64,000 nt of DNA from Actinomycetes bacterium (GTDB lineage: Bacteria > Actinomycetota > Acidimicrobiia > Acidimicrobiales > JAJYXR01), in NCBI GenBank assembly GCA_021801525.1, contig JAJYXW010000034.1, positions 5,052 to 69,051 of the forward strand. The letters run 5' to 3'. The position numbers and the translations under genes were made by a program. This document shows positions 18,387 through 27,656 of the stretch, one piece after another (position 1 is the first letter of the stretch; the number at the start of each line of letters is the position of its first letter). The notes under the pieces are model-generated. The model saw only the letters and a list, made by a program, of their open reading frames with translations. It did no database searches and was not told where the DNA came from.

Positions 18387-18446
18387 CTTCCGGACAGCAC
18401 ACCTCCGGACAGCACGCTTCCGGGCAGCACACTTCGGGCAAACCAG
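18387..18446. repeat. 15-bp x4 tandem array in the 5' leader of the ABC binding-protein gene
   Basis: cttccggacagcaca / cctccggacagcacg / cttccgggcagcaca / cttcgggcaaaccag. Ends 3 nt before the AAGGAG RBS. Confidence 0.9.
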
Positions 18447-18459
18447 GTAAGGAGACGAC

Positions 18460-20130
18460 GTGGCACAGCGCTTCGACCGCAGGAACTTCCTCGGCGCCGG
18501 AGGCGCCCTGGCAGGCGCCCTCGTGCTCGGCGGCGCCGGGGGCGGGCTCCTCGCGAGTTGCTCCTCGAGCTCCTCCACCAGGCTCTCCGCCCTCGCGCGC
18601 AAGGGGCTCTCCAGCGCTAGACCCGTGCGTGGAGGATCTCTCGTCTTCGGCACCGACGCCGAGGAGGAGGGCTTCGACCCTGCCAACGACACCTTCGACG
18701 AGGCCGGCATCATGTACGCGAGGACCGTGTTCGACCCCCTGGCTATCGTGGCGTCCGACGGCAGCATCCAGCCCTACCTGGCCCAGTCCATCGTGCCGAG
18801 CGCCGACTACTCGTCGTGGACCATCACGATGCGGCCGGGCGTGCTCTTCCACGATGGCACGCCGTGCGACGCACGGGCGGTCGTCGGGAGCATCGAGCAC
18901 TATCTCTCCGGAGAGCTCGGCCTGCTCGTCAAGTCCCTCATCGCCAAGGTGGCTCCCACGGGACCCCTCAGCCTCGAGGTGTCGCTCACCCAGCCGTGGG
19001 TACCCTTCCCCGCCTACCTCGCGGGAGGAATCGGCGGGCAGCTCGCCTGGGTGCTCGCCCCGTCCATGATCGCAAATCCGAACGCCGCGACCCATCCCGT
19101 CGGCACGGGTCCATTCGTGTTCGAGGACTGGGTGCCGAACGACCACTTCTCGGCAACGCGCAATCCCCACTACTGGCGAAGCCCCATGCCCTACCTGGAC
19201 CGCATCCAGTACCGACCGATCCCGAGCGCCGAGTCCCGCGTCGAGTCGCTCGAAGCCGGGACCATCGACATCATGCACACCGCGACTCCGCAGGCGATCG
19301 TGCAGTTCCGCGACAACTACTCCTACGCCTACGTGGACGACCTACACGGAGTGGTCGGCGAGCCCGACATGAACTTCATCATGTTGAACATGCAGTCGCC
19401 GCCACTCGACGACATCCGCGTGCGGCGAGCGATGGCGATGGCAATCGACCGTAACGCCGTCTCCAGCGTGATCGACATCAACGTCAACGCGCCAACCGAC
19501 AGCCCGTTCCTGCCCGGCTCGCCCTACTATGTCGACCCCGGCTATCCCTCCTACGACCTGGCGGCCGCCAAGTCCCTCGTCGCCGAAGTCGAGCGCACGA
19601 CGGGCAAGCCCGTCGCCATAACGCTCGGCTCCACCACGCCGGCCTCCACGGTACGCGCGGCCGAGTTCCTCCAGAACCAGCTGAAGGCTGCGGGCATCAC
19701 AGTGACGCTCGCGCAGTTCGAGCAGGCACAGTTCATCAACGACGCCCTCTTCGGCAAGCATTTTCATGCTTACCTCTGGCGCCAGTTCGCGGCCGTGGAC
19801 CCCGACCTCAACTACCCGTTCTGGAGCCCTACAGAGGTGTCGTCGTTCCTGTCGATCAACATGGCGCGCAATACCGACCCGCGCGTGCAAGCGGCCCTGG
19901 AGAAGGGCCGGCAGTCGACCGACCCGGCCGTGCGCGCCGCTGCCTACCAGGAGGTGTCCAAGCTCTTTGCCGAGGACATCCCCTACCTCTGGACCGACCG
20001 CGCCGTATGGGCAGTCGTGGCCCGTCCGCAGGTGAAGAACTTCAACGGGCCGACCACCCCTTCGGGGGCGCCCGCGTACGGCATGATCGTCGGCACTGTC
20101 TGGCCCACGCAGATATGGATGGGCACCTGA
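18460..20130 (+). CDS. ABC transporter substrate-binding lipoprotein, peptide/nickel (family 5) type, Tat signal
   Basis: GTG start after AAGGAG. RRNFLGAGG twin-arginine motif plus LLASC lipobox. Family-5 SBP-like body. No permease or ATPase genes adjacent. Confidence 0.85.
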   Translation: MAQRFDRRNFLGAGGALAGALVLGGAGGGLLASCSSSSSTRLSALARKGLSSARPVRGGSLVFGTDAEEEGFDPANDTFDEAGIMYARTVFDPLAIVASDGSIQPYLAQSIVPSADYSSWTITMRPGVLFHDGTPCDARAVVGSIEHYLSGELGLLVKSLIAKVAPTGPLSLEVSLTQPWVPFPAYLAGGIGGQLAWVLAPSMIANPNAATHPVGTGPFVFEDWVPNDHFSATRNPHYWRSPMPYLDRIQYRPIPSAESRVESLEAGTIDIMHTATPQAIVQFRDNYSYAYVDDLHGVVGEPDMNFIMLNMQSPPLDDIRVRRAMAMAIDRNAVSSVIDINVNAPTDSPFLPGSPYYVDPGYPSYDLAAAKSLVAEVERTTGKPVAITLGSTTPASTVRAAEFLQNQLKAAGITVTLAQFEQAQFINDALFGKHFHAYLWRQFAAVDPDLNYPFWSPTEVSSFLSINMARNTDPRVQAALEKGRQSTDPAVRAAAYQEVSKLFAEDIPYLWTDRAVWAVVARPQVKNFNGPTTPSGAPAYGMIVGTVWPTQIWMGT

Positions 20131-20170
20131 TAGGGAGCGGAGCGCCCAGGACGAAGCGGGAGGTACCGCC

Positions 20171-20851
20171 GTGAGTCATCGCATCATGCTCGTAGACGAC
20201 GACGCGCGTATACGCACCTCCCTGCGCCTGGCCTTCGAGGACGAGGGCTACGAGGTGGTCGACGCGGCGAGCGCGGAGGAAGCCGTCGACCGCTTCGCCG
20301 AGCAGCCGAGCGACGTAGTCCTCCTCGACTTGATGCTCCCCGGCAGCGACGGCTTCGAGTGCTGCCGGGAGCTGCGCCGCATGAGCACCGTCCCCATCAT
20401 CATGGTCACCGCCCGCACCGACACCCACGACGTCGTCGCGGGGCTCGAGGCCGGTGCCGACGACTACGTCACCAAGCCCTTCGTCGCCAAGGAGCTAGCC
20501 GCACGCATCCGGGCGTTGCTGCGCCGCTCGAAGTTCGCAGAGGACGTCCCGGAGGTCCTGCGCTTCGGCGATGTGGAGGTTGCGCCCGAGGAGGGGACGG
20601 TTCGCAGGGATGGTCAGGAGGTCCACTGCACGCGCACCGAGTTCCGCCTGCTGTGCGAGCTCGCGGCGAGCCCCGGCAAGGTGATATCTCGCGAGTCGCT
20701 TCTCGATCGCGTTTGGGGCTACGACTACTTCGGAGACGGGCGCCTCGTGGACGTCCATGTCCGCCGGCTCCGCACCAAGGTGGAGGCGGACCCTGCCAAT
20801 CCATCCCACATCCTCACGGTACGTGGCATGGGGTACAAGCTAGCTCCCTGA
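20171..20851 (+). CDS. mtrA: OmpR-family response regulator, MtrA-like
   Basis: Receiver domain (IMLVDDD, LLDLMLPG, KPF) plus winged helix (RVWGYDY..., LTVRGMGYK). The gene order RR-HK-GerMN lipoprotein mirrors mtrA-mtrB-lpqB. Confidence 0.8.
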   Translation: MSHRIMLVDDDARIRTSLRLAFEDEGYEVVDAASAEEAVDRFAEQPSDVVLLDLMLPGSDGFECCRELRRMSTVPIIMVTARTDTHDVVAGLEAGADDYVTKPFVAKELAARIRALLRRSKFAEDVPEVLRFGDVEVAPEEGTVRRDGQEVHCTRTEFRLLCELAASPGKVISRESLLDRVWGYDYFGDGRLVDVHVRRLRTKVEADPANPSHILTVRGMGYKLAP

Positions 20852-20852
20852 G

Positions 20853-22286
20853 GTGGGCTCGCGCTTTTCGCACCTCGGCCTGCGCTCACGCGTGACCCTC
20901 GCGTTCGCCCTAGGAGCGCTGATCCTGTCGGCATCGATGGGAGCAATCACCTACCTGGCCGCACGCCAGGTCATCATCCAGCAACGAAAGACGTCTGCTC
21001 TCCACCAGGCATACGTGAACGCATCGCTCGTCCGCAGCGCTCTCAGGTCACCCACGCCCCGCATACCCGAGCTGCTCGACTCGCTCGACACCCTGCCCGG
21101 GTCGCGCTCGGTCCTCGAGCGGCGCGGCCAGTGGTTCGCCACCTCGATCTCGATCGGGAAGCAGGCACTGCCTCGCCTGCTGCGTGCCGGAGTCGTGGGC
21201 GGCTCCGCCGCCACCCAGAGCTTCCTCCTGTCGAACACCCCCGAGCTGGCGGTAGGCATCCCGGTTCCGAGCGTCGACGCAGCTTATTTCGAGGTCTTCT
21301 CCTTCGGGAGCGTCGCCCGTACGCTCAGGGTGCTCGCCCTGGCCCTCGCCGGCGCAGCGCTGGTGACGACGATCGCCGGCGCCGTCATCGGGCGATGGCT
21401 ATCGGGCCGGGCGCTCAGACCCCTCGGAACGGTGTCCAAGGCAGCCGTCGCCATAGCGGGTGGCCGTCTCGACACCCGCCTGCCTACAGACGACTCGGAC
21501 CTCGAGCCGATGGCCAGGTCCTTCAACCACATGGCCGATGCGCTCGTCGAGCGGATCGCTCGCGAGGCCCGCTTCACGTCCGACGTCAGCCACGAGCTTC
21601 GCTCCCCGCTCACAACCCTCAACACCTCGCTCGAGGTCCTGGAGACACACTCGGGTGAGCTGTCCTCCCGTGCAAGCCAGGCGCTCGCGCTCATAGCAAC
21701 AGAGCTGAGGCGCTTCGGGAGGATGGTCACCGACCTGCTCGAGATGAGCCGCGTGGACTCGGGGGCAGCGGAGCTCTCGACCGAGGAGGTGGCTGTGGGT
21801 GAGCTGGTGGTCCACCTGGCCACCTCGAGTGGCGCGGGAGTGCCTGCAGTGCTCGACCCAGCAGTGGCTGACAGGCGCGTGCGGGTGGACAAGAGGAGGA
21901 TGGAGCGCGTGGCCGCCAACCTCGTGGACAACGCCGCTCAGTACGCAGGAGGCGTCACCCGCTTTGCGGCGGAGCATTCCGCCGGACGCGTCCGACTCGT
22001 GGTGGCCGATCGCGGCCCCGGTGTCGCCGAGGAGGACAGGAGCCGGATATTCGAGCGCTTCTACCGTGGCACCCTATCAGGACGCCGTGGAGAAACCCAG
22101 GGCTCGGGCCTGGGCCTCTCTCTCGTGGCGGAGCATGTCAAGATGCACGGCGGCCGGGTGTTCGTCGAAGCTCGCGACGGAGAGAACCGCTTCGTCGTGG
22201 AGCTCCCCCTCGCCGACGAGCCAGTCCGGGCCGCCAACGACAATGCGGACAATGCGCCAAGCGGCCGCGAGGTCCCCCGGCGATGA
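20853..22286 (+). CDS. mtrB: Sensor histidine kinase, MtrB-like
   Basis: Two TM segments, HAMP, H-box SHELRSPLT, N/G boxes (DNAAQYA, DRGPGV, GSGLGLSL). Starts 2 nt after the regulator stop. Confidence 0.8.
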   Translation: MGSRFSHLGLRSRVTLAFALGALILSASMGAITYLAARQVIIQQRKTSALHQAYVNASLVRSALRSPTPRIPELLDSLDTLPGSRSVLERRGQWFATSISIGKQALPRLLRAGVVGGSAATQSFLLSNTPELAVGIPVPSVDAAYFEVFSFGSVARTLRVLALALAGAALVTTIAGAVIGRWLSGRALRPLGTVSKAAVAIAGGRLDTRLPTDDSDLEPMARSFNHMADALVERIAREARFTSDVSHELRSPLTTLNTSLEVLETHSGELSSRASQALALIATELRRFGRMVTDLLEMSRVDSGAAELSTEEVAVGELVVHLATSSGAGVPAVLDPAVADRRVRVDKRRMERVAANLVDNAAQYAGGVTRFAAEHSAGRVRLVVADRGPGVAEEDRSRIFERFYRGTLSGRRGETQGSGLGLSLVAEHVKMHGGRVFVEARDGENRFVVELPLADEPVRAANDNADNAPSGREVPRR

Positions 22287-22870
22287 GGACGCTCTGCTCG
22301 AAGGCTCCCTCGATAGCGGCCGTGGCAGCGATCGCCTTGCTCGCCGCCTGCGGCGTGCCCACGCAGGCCAAGCCCGTGCCAATAGCTCGCTCGGCAGTGC
22401 CGTTCAGCCTGCTCGCTCCCTCCACCCCCTCTGCTACTGTTCCGCCGGCACCGGTGGAGGTGCCTGTCCAGGTCTACCTGGTGGCTCCCGACGGCCATCT
22501 GGCTCCGGTGACTCGCGACGTGGCTTTTCCCGCTCCCCTGTCGGCAGTCCTCGTGGCGCTACTGGCGGGTCCCACCAATCCCGAGGCATCGAGCGGTTTG
22601 GAAAGTGCGATACCTTCGGGAGCCCGGATCCTCTCGGTGTCCGAGGCGGCGGGGACCGCGACGATAGATCTCGGCAACGCCTTCGGCCAGCTCGTGGGCC
22701 AGACGCAGATCGAGGCCATAGCCCAGATCGTGTTCAGCGCCACCTCAGTGCCTGGGGTCCACGCAGTGAAGTTCGACCTCGCGGGGACGCCGATCGAGGT
22801 GCCAGTGGCAAACGGCGCCGAGACACCCGGACCTCTCACCCGTGCTCAATACGCCGGGCTGGCACCCTGA
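22283..22870 (+). CDS. GerMN-domain lipoprotein (short LpqB-like)
   Basis: Lipobox LLAACG. The body resembles a GerMN domain (VQVYLV..., LLAGPT..., TIDLGNAF...). Overlaps the mtrB stop by 4 nt. Only 195 aa. Confidence 0.65.
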   Translation: MRTLCSKAPSIAAVAAIALLAACGVPTQAKPVPIARSAVPFSLLAPSTPSATVPPAPVEVPVQVYLVAPDGHLAPVTRDVAFPAPLSAVLVALLAGPTNPEASSGLESAIPSGARILSVSEAAGTATIDLGNAFGQLVGQTQIEAIAQIVFSATSVPGVHAVKFDLAGTPIEVPVANGAETPGPLTRAQYAGLAP

Positions 22871-22900
22871 GCTGTCTCTAGAGCGGACCCTGAACGGCCG

Positions 22901-23311
22901 CTAGGCGGTCCATGGCACTCGGGGCGCGTCCGCCCAGAGGCGCTCGAGGTCGTACAGCTCCCGTGCTTCGGGTGTGAACACGTGGACGAGGAAATCCCCG
23001 TAGTCCATAAGCACCCATGCGTAGTCATCGAGCCCTTCGATGCTAGAAGGCCCAGGGCCGCCCGATTCCTTCACCTGACGCTCCACCTCTTCGACGATGC
23101 TGCGGACCTGGCGGGAGCTACGCCCGTTCGTCACCACGAACGCGTCAGTGATCCCGAGCATGGCACCCATCTCCAGCACCACCGTCGACTCGCCGAGCTT
23201 CCCGGCAGCAGCACGCGCCGCGACCAGGCATGCTGCCGGCACTCTCGGGCACCCCAGCACACCGTCCACTGTGACGGCACTTCGAGCGCCCTGCGGCAAC
23301 GTATCGGTCAT
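22901..23311 (-). CDS. rsfS: Ribosome silencing factor RsfS (iojap family)
   Basis: ITDAFVVTNGRSSRQVRSIVEEV..., WVLMDYGDFLVHVF..., RELYDLERLW. ATG 23311 forms an ATGA overlap with the nadD stop. Confidence 0.9.
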   Translation of the reverse strand: MTDTLPQGARSAVTVDGVLGCPRVPAACLVAARAAAGKLGESTVVLEMGAMLGITDAFVVTNGRSSRQVRSIVEEVERQVKESGGPGPSSIEGLDDYAWVLMDYGDFLVHVFTPEARELYDLERLWADAPRVPWTA

Positions 23312-23910
23312 CTCCCCATAGCGTACATAGCGCGGGAGCGGATGCAACGGATGGCAGCTTCGGGCACGAGCAGGTCCACGGGCTGGCCCCTTGCTATCCG
23401 CTCCCTTATCTCGCTGCTGGAGAGCTCGATCGCCGGGACCTTCACCCTCAGCACCTCGAAGCCCGGCGGATCCTCGACCTCACCGGCACCCGCCCGCTTC
23501 ATCACCACCAGGGTCACCATGCGTGCAAGCTCATCCACGCGCTCCCAGCTGCCAAGGTCCCTCGCCACGTCGCTCCCTACGATCAAGAACATATCGGTCC
23601 CCGGCATGGCGGCGCGCAGCTCCTCCACCGTGTCGACCGTATAGCTCGGGCCTCCCCGGTCGATCTCGACCCGGCAGGCTTCCACTCCCTCTATGCCCGC
23701 CACTGCCGACTCCACCACGGCGAGACGGTCCTCTGCGGGTGAGAGCTCGCGCATCCCGACCTTCTGCCAGGGCTCGTTGGCCACCACCAGGAGGATCTGG
23801 TCCAATCCGAGGGCGTGGCGCACATCCAGAGCAGCAGCCAGGTGCCCGATGTGGACCGGGTCGAAGGTCCCCCCGAAGATGCCGATCCTCCGCAGCTTCG
23901 ACGATCCCAC
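23308..23910 (-). CDS. nadD: Nicotinate-nucleotide adenylyltransferase
   Basis: IGIFGGTFDPVHIGHL motif, ..ISSSEIRERI. Confidence 0.93.
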   Translation of the reverse strand: MGSSKLRRIGIFGGTFDPVHIGHLAAALDVRHALGLDQILLVVANEPWQKVGMRELSPAEDRLAVVESAVAGIEGVEACRVEIDRGGPSYTVDTVEELRAAMPGTDMFLIVGSDVARDLGSWERVDELARMVTLVVMKRAGAGEVEDPPGFEVLRVKVPAIELSSSEIRERIARGQPVDLLVPEAAIRCIRSRAMYAMGR

Positions 23911-23916
23911 GAGCGC

Positions 23917-24852
23917 TCAGGTGCCGGCCAAGAGTGCGACGACGGGAGCAAATGCCTCCATCTCCCCCTCGTGGAGCACCCAGTAGCTGAACCCCCACCT
24001 CTCGCGCCGAGCACGCAGCACATCAGCCAGCTCGGAAACCGTCCCTGCGAGGGCAAGTGGCACCGTGGCGGCCTCCTCGGGTGACATACCGAACGCAGGA
24101 GCCAGCTTCGCCACCACGTCGTCTGCTCCTTCTCCCACGTGGACGAAGAAGGTGAGGCACTGCAGCTCGATCTCCCCGAAGCGCTCGCCAGCCGCCTCGC
24201 GCACCCACCGCACGCGCTCGTCGTACTCCCCAGCGACTGCGGACGCTATCGCTTCGGGTCCGATCACACCCGCCCTGAGGCTCGGATTGACTCCGACGAT
24301 GTCCGCTTCGCGTGCCGCGAGCGACAGCACGCGCCGGCTGCCTCCGCCTATGACGAGGAGCGGTCCCGGCCTACGATGAGGAAGCGGGTAGCCCGTGGCA
24401 CCACGCACCTCGTAATGCCGACCCAGGTAATCGCAGCGCCCATCGCGCCAGAGATCCTTCATCACCCTGACTGACTCAGCCAGGCGATCGACACGTGTCC
24501 CGGGTGGATCGAGCGCTATGCCCGAGGACTCGTAGTCGCTCACCATCCACCCGGCACCGACGCCCGCCTCGAGGCGGCCCTCTGCGAACAGGTCAAGCGT
24601 AGCGAGCTCCCTCGCCGCCACTACCGGATGCCGGTAGTCGTTTCCGAGAACGAGCGTCCCCACCCTCAGCTTGCTCGTGGCCTCTGCGGCAACAGCCAGC
24701 GACACGAGCGGCGACCACTGCTCGTCGAGGTGGTCTGGCATGAGAAGGGAGGAGTAGCCAAGGTCCTCCACCTTGCGCGCCAGATCCCTCCATGCGGAGG
24801 CAGAAGACGCCCTCGAGACCTGCACACCAAAACGGAATGGTCGAGACGGCAT
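23917..24852 (-). CDS. Luciferase-like (LLM class) oxidoreductase, probably F420-dependent
   Basis: MPSRPFRFGVQV...LGYSSLLMPDHL... resembles LLM/F420 oxidoreductases. Start taken at the Met at 24852. Confidence 0.72.
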   Translation of the reverse strand: MPSRPFRFGVQVSRASSASAWRDLARKVEDLGYSSLLMPDHLDEQWSPLVSLAVAAEATSKLRVGTLVLGNDYRHPVVAARELATLDLFAEGRLEAGVGAGWMVSDYESSGIALDPPGTRVDRLAESVRVMKDLWRDGRCDYLGRHYEVRGATGYPLPHRRPGPLLVIGGGSRRVLSLAAREADIVGVNPSLRAGVIGPEAIASAVAGEYDERVRWVREAAGERFGEIELQCLTFFVHVGEGADDVVAKLAPAFGMSPEEAATVPLALAGTVSELADVLRARRERWGFSYWVLHEGEMEAFAPVVALLAGT

Positions 24853-24914
24853 CCAAGCAGCATAACGGCGAGAGCACGTGGAGCGTCCCGGGAGAGGGCC
24901 ACTAGGCTTGTGCC

Positions 24915-26315
24915 GTGCCGCCATCGTCGACAAGCTCCTCCACGTCGCAGGGCTCCTACACCTCGCAGGGCAGGTCGCCTGCGTGGAGCCCGTCGAGCTG
25001 GCGCGAGAAGCCTGCCGCCCAGCAGCCCAACTGGCCTGACGATGCCGAGCTGGACCACGTCCTGAAAGAGCTCTCCGGCATGCCCCCGCTCGTCTTCGCC
25101 GGCGAGGCTCGGCGGCTCACCGCGGCGCTCGGCGAGGCCGCGTCAGGCCGGGCTTTCGTCCTACAAGCAGGTGACTGCTCGGAGTCTTTCGCGGAGCTCT
25201 CCGCTGATTCCATCCGCGACAAGCTGCGCGTCATACTTCAGATGGCGGTAGTGCTCACCTATGGGGCGGGTCTCCCTGTCGTGAAGATCGGACGCATAGC
25301 CGGGCAGTTCGCGAAACCTCGGTCATCGCCGACGGAGGTCGTCGACGGGGTGGAGTTACCGGCCTTCAGGGGCCACATGGTGAACGACGACCTGCCAACC
25401 CAACAGGCCCGCACGCCGGACCCATCGCGCCTGCTCGCCGCCTACCACCAATCGGCCTCGACGCTCAACCTGCTCAGGGCATTCACGAAGGGGGGCTTCG
25501 CGGACCTCTCCCAAGTCCACTCCTGGACCCAGCAGTTCGTCGCCGCATCCGAGGAGGGCAGGCGCTACGAGCAGATCGCCGGTGAGATAGACCGAGCGCT
25601 CCGCTTCATGGCGGCCTGCGGCATCGGCCTCACCACGGAGGCCGCCTTGCACCAAGTGGAGCTCAACACCAGCCACGAGGCCCTGCTGCTCGGCTACGAA
25701 GAAGCCCTTACCCGCGTCGACTCGCTCACCGGCGACTGGTACGACTGCTCTGCCCACATGCTCTGGGTAGGCGAGCGGACCAGGCAGGTGGACGGAGCTC
25801 ACATCGAGTTCCTCTCGGGAGTGCACAACCCTGTCGGAGCAAAGATCGGCCCCGCTGCCACTCCCGAGGAGGTGCTTGCCATCTGCGAGCGCCTCAACCC
25901 TTCGCGCATCCCGGGACGTCTCACTCTCATCACCCGGATGGGCTCGGCCAAAGTGCGCGAGCGCCTTCCCAGTCTGCTCGAAGCCGTGGCCGGCTCGGGG
26001 CATCCGGTGGTCTGGGTCTGCGACCCCATGCACGGCAACACCTTCGTGAGCGATTCCGGCCACAAGACACGACGCTTCGACGAGATCGTCGACGAGATCC
26101 GCGGCTTCTTCGAGGTGCACCACGACTCGGGCACCTGGCCCGGGGGGCTCCACGTCGAGCTGACCGGCGACGACGTCACGGAATGCCTGGGCGGCATCGG
26201 CGACATCGCGGAAGACCAGCTCCACGAGCGCTACACCACCACGTGCGACCCCCGCCTCAACGCCCGCCAGGCGATCGACCTCGCATTCAGAGTCGCGGAG
26301 CTGCTGCGCACCTGA
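24915..26315 (+). CDS. aroG: 3-deoxy-7-phosphoheptulonate (DAHP) synthase, class II
   Basis: KPAAQQPNWPD..., VLQAGDCSESF, GRIAGQFAKPRS, WVCDPMHGNT are typical of plant/actinobacterial class II DAHPS. GTG 24915 is the only in-frame start. Confidence 0.9.
   Translation: MPPSSTSSSTSQGSYTSQGRSPAWSPSSWREKPAAQQPNWPDDAELDHVLKELSGMPPLVFAGEARRLTAALGEAASGRAFVLQAGDCSESFAELSADSIRDKLRVILQMAVVLTYGAGLPVVKIGRIAGQFAKPRSSPTEVVDGVELPAFRGHMVNDDLPTQQARTPDPSRLLAAYHQSASTLNLLRAFTKGGFADLSQVHSWTQQFVAASEEGRRYEQIAGEIDRALRFMAACGIGLTTEAALHQVELNTSHEALLLGYEEALTRVDSLTGDWYDCSAHMLWVGERTRQVDGAHIEFLSGVHNPVGAKIGPAATPEEVLAICERLNPSRIPGRLTLITRMGSAKVRERLPSLLEAVAGSGHPVVWVCDPMHGNTFVSDSGHKTRRFDEIVDEIRGFFEVHHDSGTWPGGLHVELTGDDVTECLGGIGDIAEDQLHERYTTTCDPRLNARQAIDLAFRVAELLRT
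24941..24976. repeat. 18-bp x2 repeat at the aroG 5' end
   Basis: tcgcagggc recurs at 24945 and 24963. Encodes (S/Y)TSQG twice. Confidence 0.75.
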
Positions 26316-26339
26316 GCCGCATGCCCTCCGGTGCACCTC

Positions 26340-26391
26340 CTCCTGGCCGGACCTCCTGGCCGGACCTCGTGCCCGGACCTCGTGCCCGGCA
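26340..26391. repeat. 13-bp x4 tandem array between convergent aroG and the FAD-reductase gene
   Basis: ctcctggccggac twice, then ctcgtgcccgg(a/c)(c/a) twice. Ends 3 nt before the stop codon at 26395-26397. Confidence 0.95.
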
Positions 26392-26394
26392 GAG

Positions 26395-27618
26395 TCAGGA
26401 ACCTCGAGCATGCATCATGGCCTCGTGCATGGACGCGCGCTCCTCGAGGAGCTTGCGGTAAGCCATGAGCCTGCCGGGCATCCCGAACCCGAGAGCCGCG
26501 CTCATGAGCCCGGCGCGACCGTAGAGAGCCACGAAGCGACCCTCCTCCAGCGATCCTTCGACGATCTCCACGTCGTCAGAGGGGCGTGGGTAGCCGAGCA
26601 CCTGGATCTTCACGCCGTACTGGTCGGACCAGAAATACGGCACCGGAACGTAGGGCTCTCCCCTGCCCCTCCCGGCCAGCAAGTTGCGTGCAGCCACCAC
26701 GCCCTGCTCGGCAGCGTTGGTCCAGTGCTCGATCCTCACGTGCTCGCCCTGACCGAGGTCGAGCCATCGAGCCGCATCTCCGGCTACCACGATCCCGTCG
26801 GCCACGAACAGCTCGGCATCTGCCACCAGGCCGTCCGAGATCTCCAGACCCGAGTCCGCCAACCACCCCGTCTCAGGCACGACGCCCACGCCCACCACCA
26901 CGAGGTCCGCATCCAGAGACCTACCGCCGCTCAGCACTACGCGCCTGATCTCCCCCGAAGCGTCACCCTCCAGATTCTCCACCCGTGTCCCTACCAGGAG
27001 CTCCACTCCGTTGCGCCGGTGGAGATCGCCGCAAATACCCCCCATCTGCTCCCCGAGCACCCGTGCAAGTGGCACGTCGAGCACCTCGACCACGGTGACC
27101 TCTGCTCCACGCGCCCGGCAGGTGGCTGCCACCTCCGAACCTATGAACCCTGCACCGACCACCACCACCCGCGTGGCTCCAGCCTCCATCCTCGCGACAA
27201 TCGCCTCGGCGTCGTCCACGGTGCGCAGCTCGAAGACACCCGACAAGCCTGCAGCGAGATCGAGCTTCCTCGGCGTTGCCCCTGGAGCGAGCACTAGGCC
27301 GTCGAAGCCGATCAGCTCTCCACCCTCCATCGCGACTCGCCGGGCGGCAACGTCTACTCCCCTTGCCCGCTCGCCCAGGCGAAGCTCGATACCGAGCTCG
27401 GTCCACCTGGGCGCGGGGCGGAGCTCGATCCTCTCGCGCCCCCAGGACCCGGCCAGGAACTGCTTCGAGAGCGGTGGCCGGTCGTATGGCGCGTGCGCCT
27501 CGGCGCCAATGACCACCACGTCCCCGGTGTACCCCGCGCGGCGAAGCTCCTCAGCGGCACGGGTGCCGGCGAGCGACGCGCCCACGACCACAATGCGGCT
27601 GTTCTGGTCGAGGCTCAT
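26395..27618 (-). CDS. FAD/NAD(P)-dependent oxidoreductase (ferredoxin-reductase-like)
   Basis: RIVVVGASLAG and VVVVGAGFIGSEVA dinucleotide folds. Start taken at Met 27618, just before the first fold. Confidence 0.8.
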   Translation of the reverse strand: MSLDQNSRIVVVGASLAGTRAAEELRRAGYTGDVVVIGAEAHAPYDRPPLSKQFLAGSWGRERIELRPAPRWTELGIELRLGERARGVDVAARRVAMEGGELIGFDGLVLAPGATPRKLDLAAGLSGVFELRTVDDAEAIVARMEAGATRVVVVGAGFIGSEVAATCRARGAEVTVVEVLDVPLARVLGEQMGGICGDLHRRNGVELLVGTRVENLEGDASGEIRRVVLSGGRSLDADLVVVGVGVVPETGWLADSGLEISDGLVADAELFVADGIVVAGDAARWLDLGQGEHVRIEHWTNAAEQGVVAARNLLAGRGRGEPYVPVPYFWSDQYGVKIQVLGYPRPSDDVEIVEGSLEEGRFVALYGRAGLMSAALGFGMPGRLMAYRKLLEERASMHEAMMHARGS

Positions 27619-27656
27619 TGGCGGGCCGGCATCCCGCTGCACGGAGCTTCCACCCG

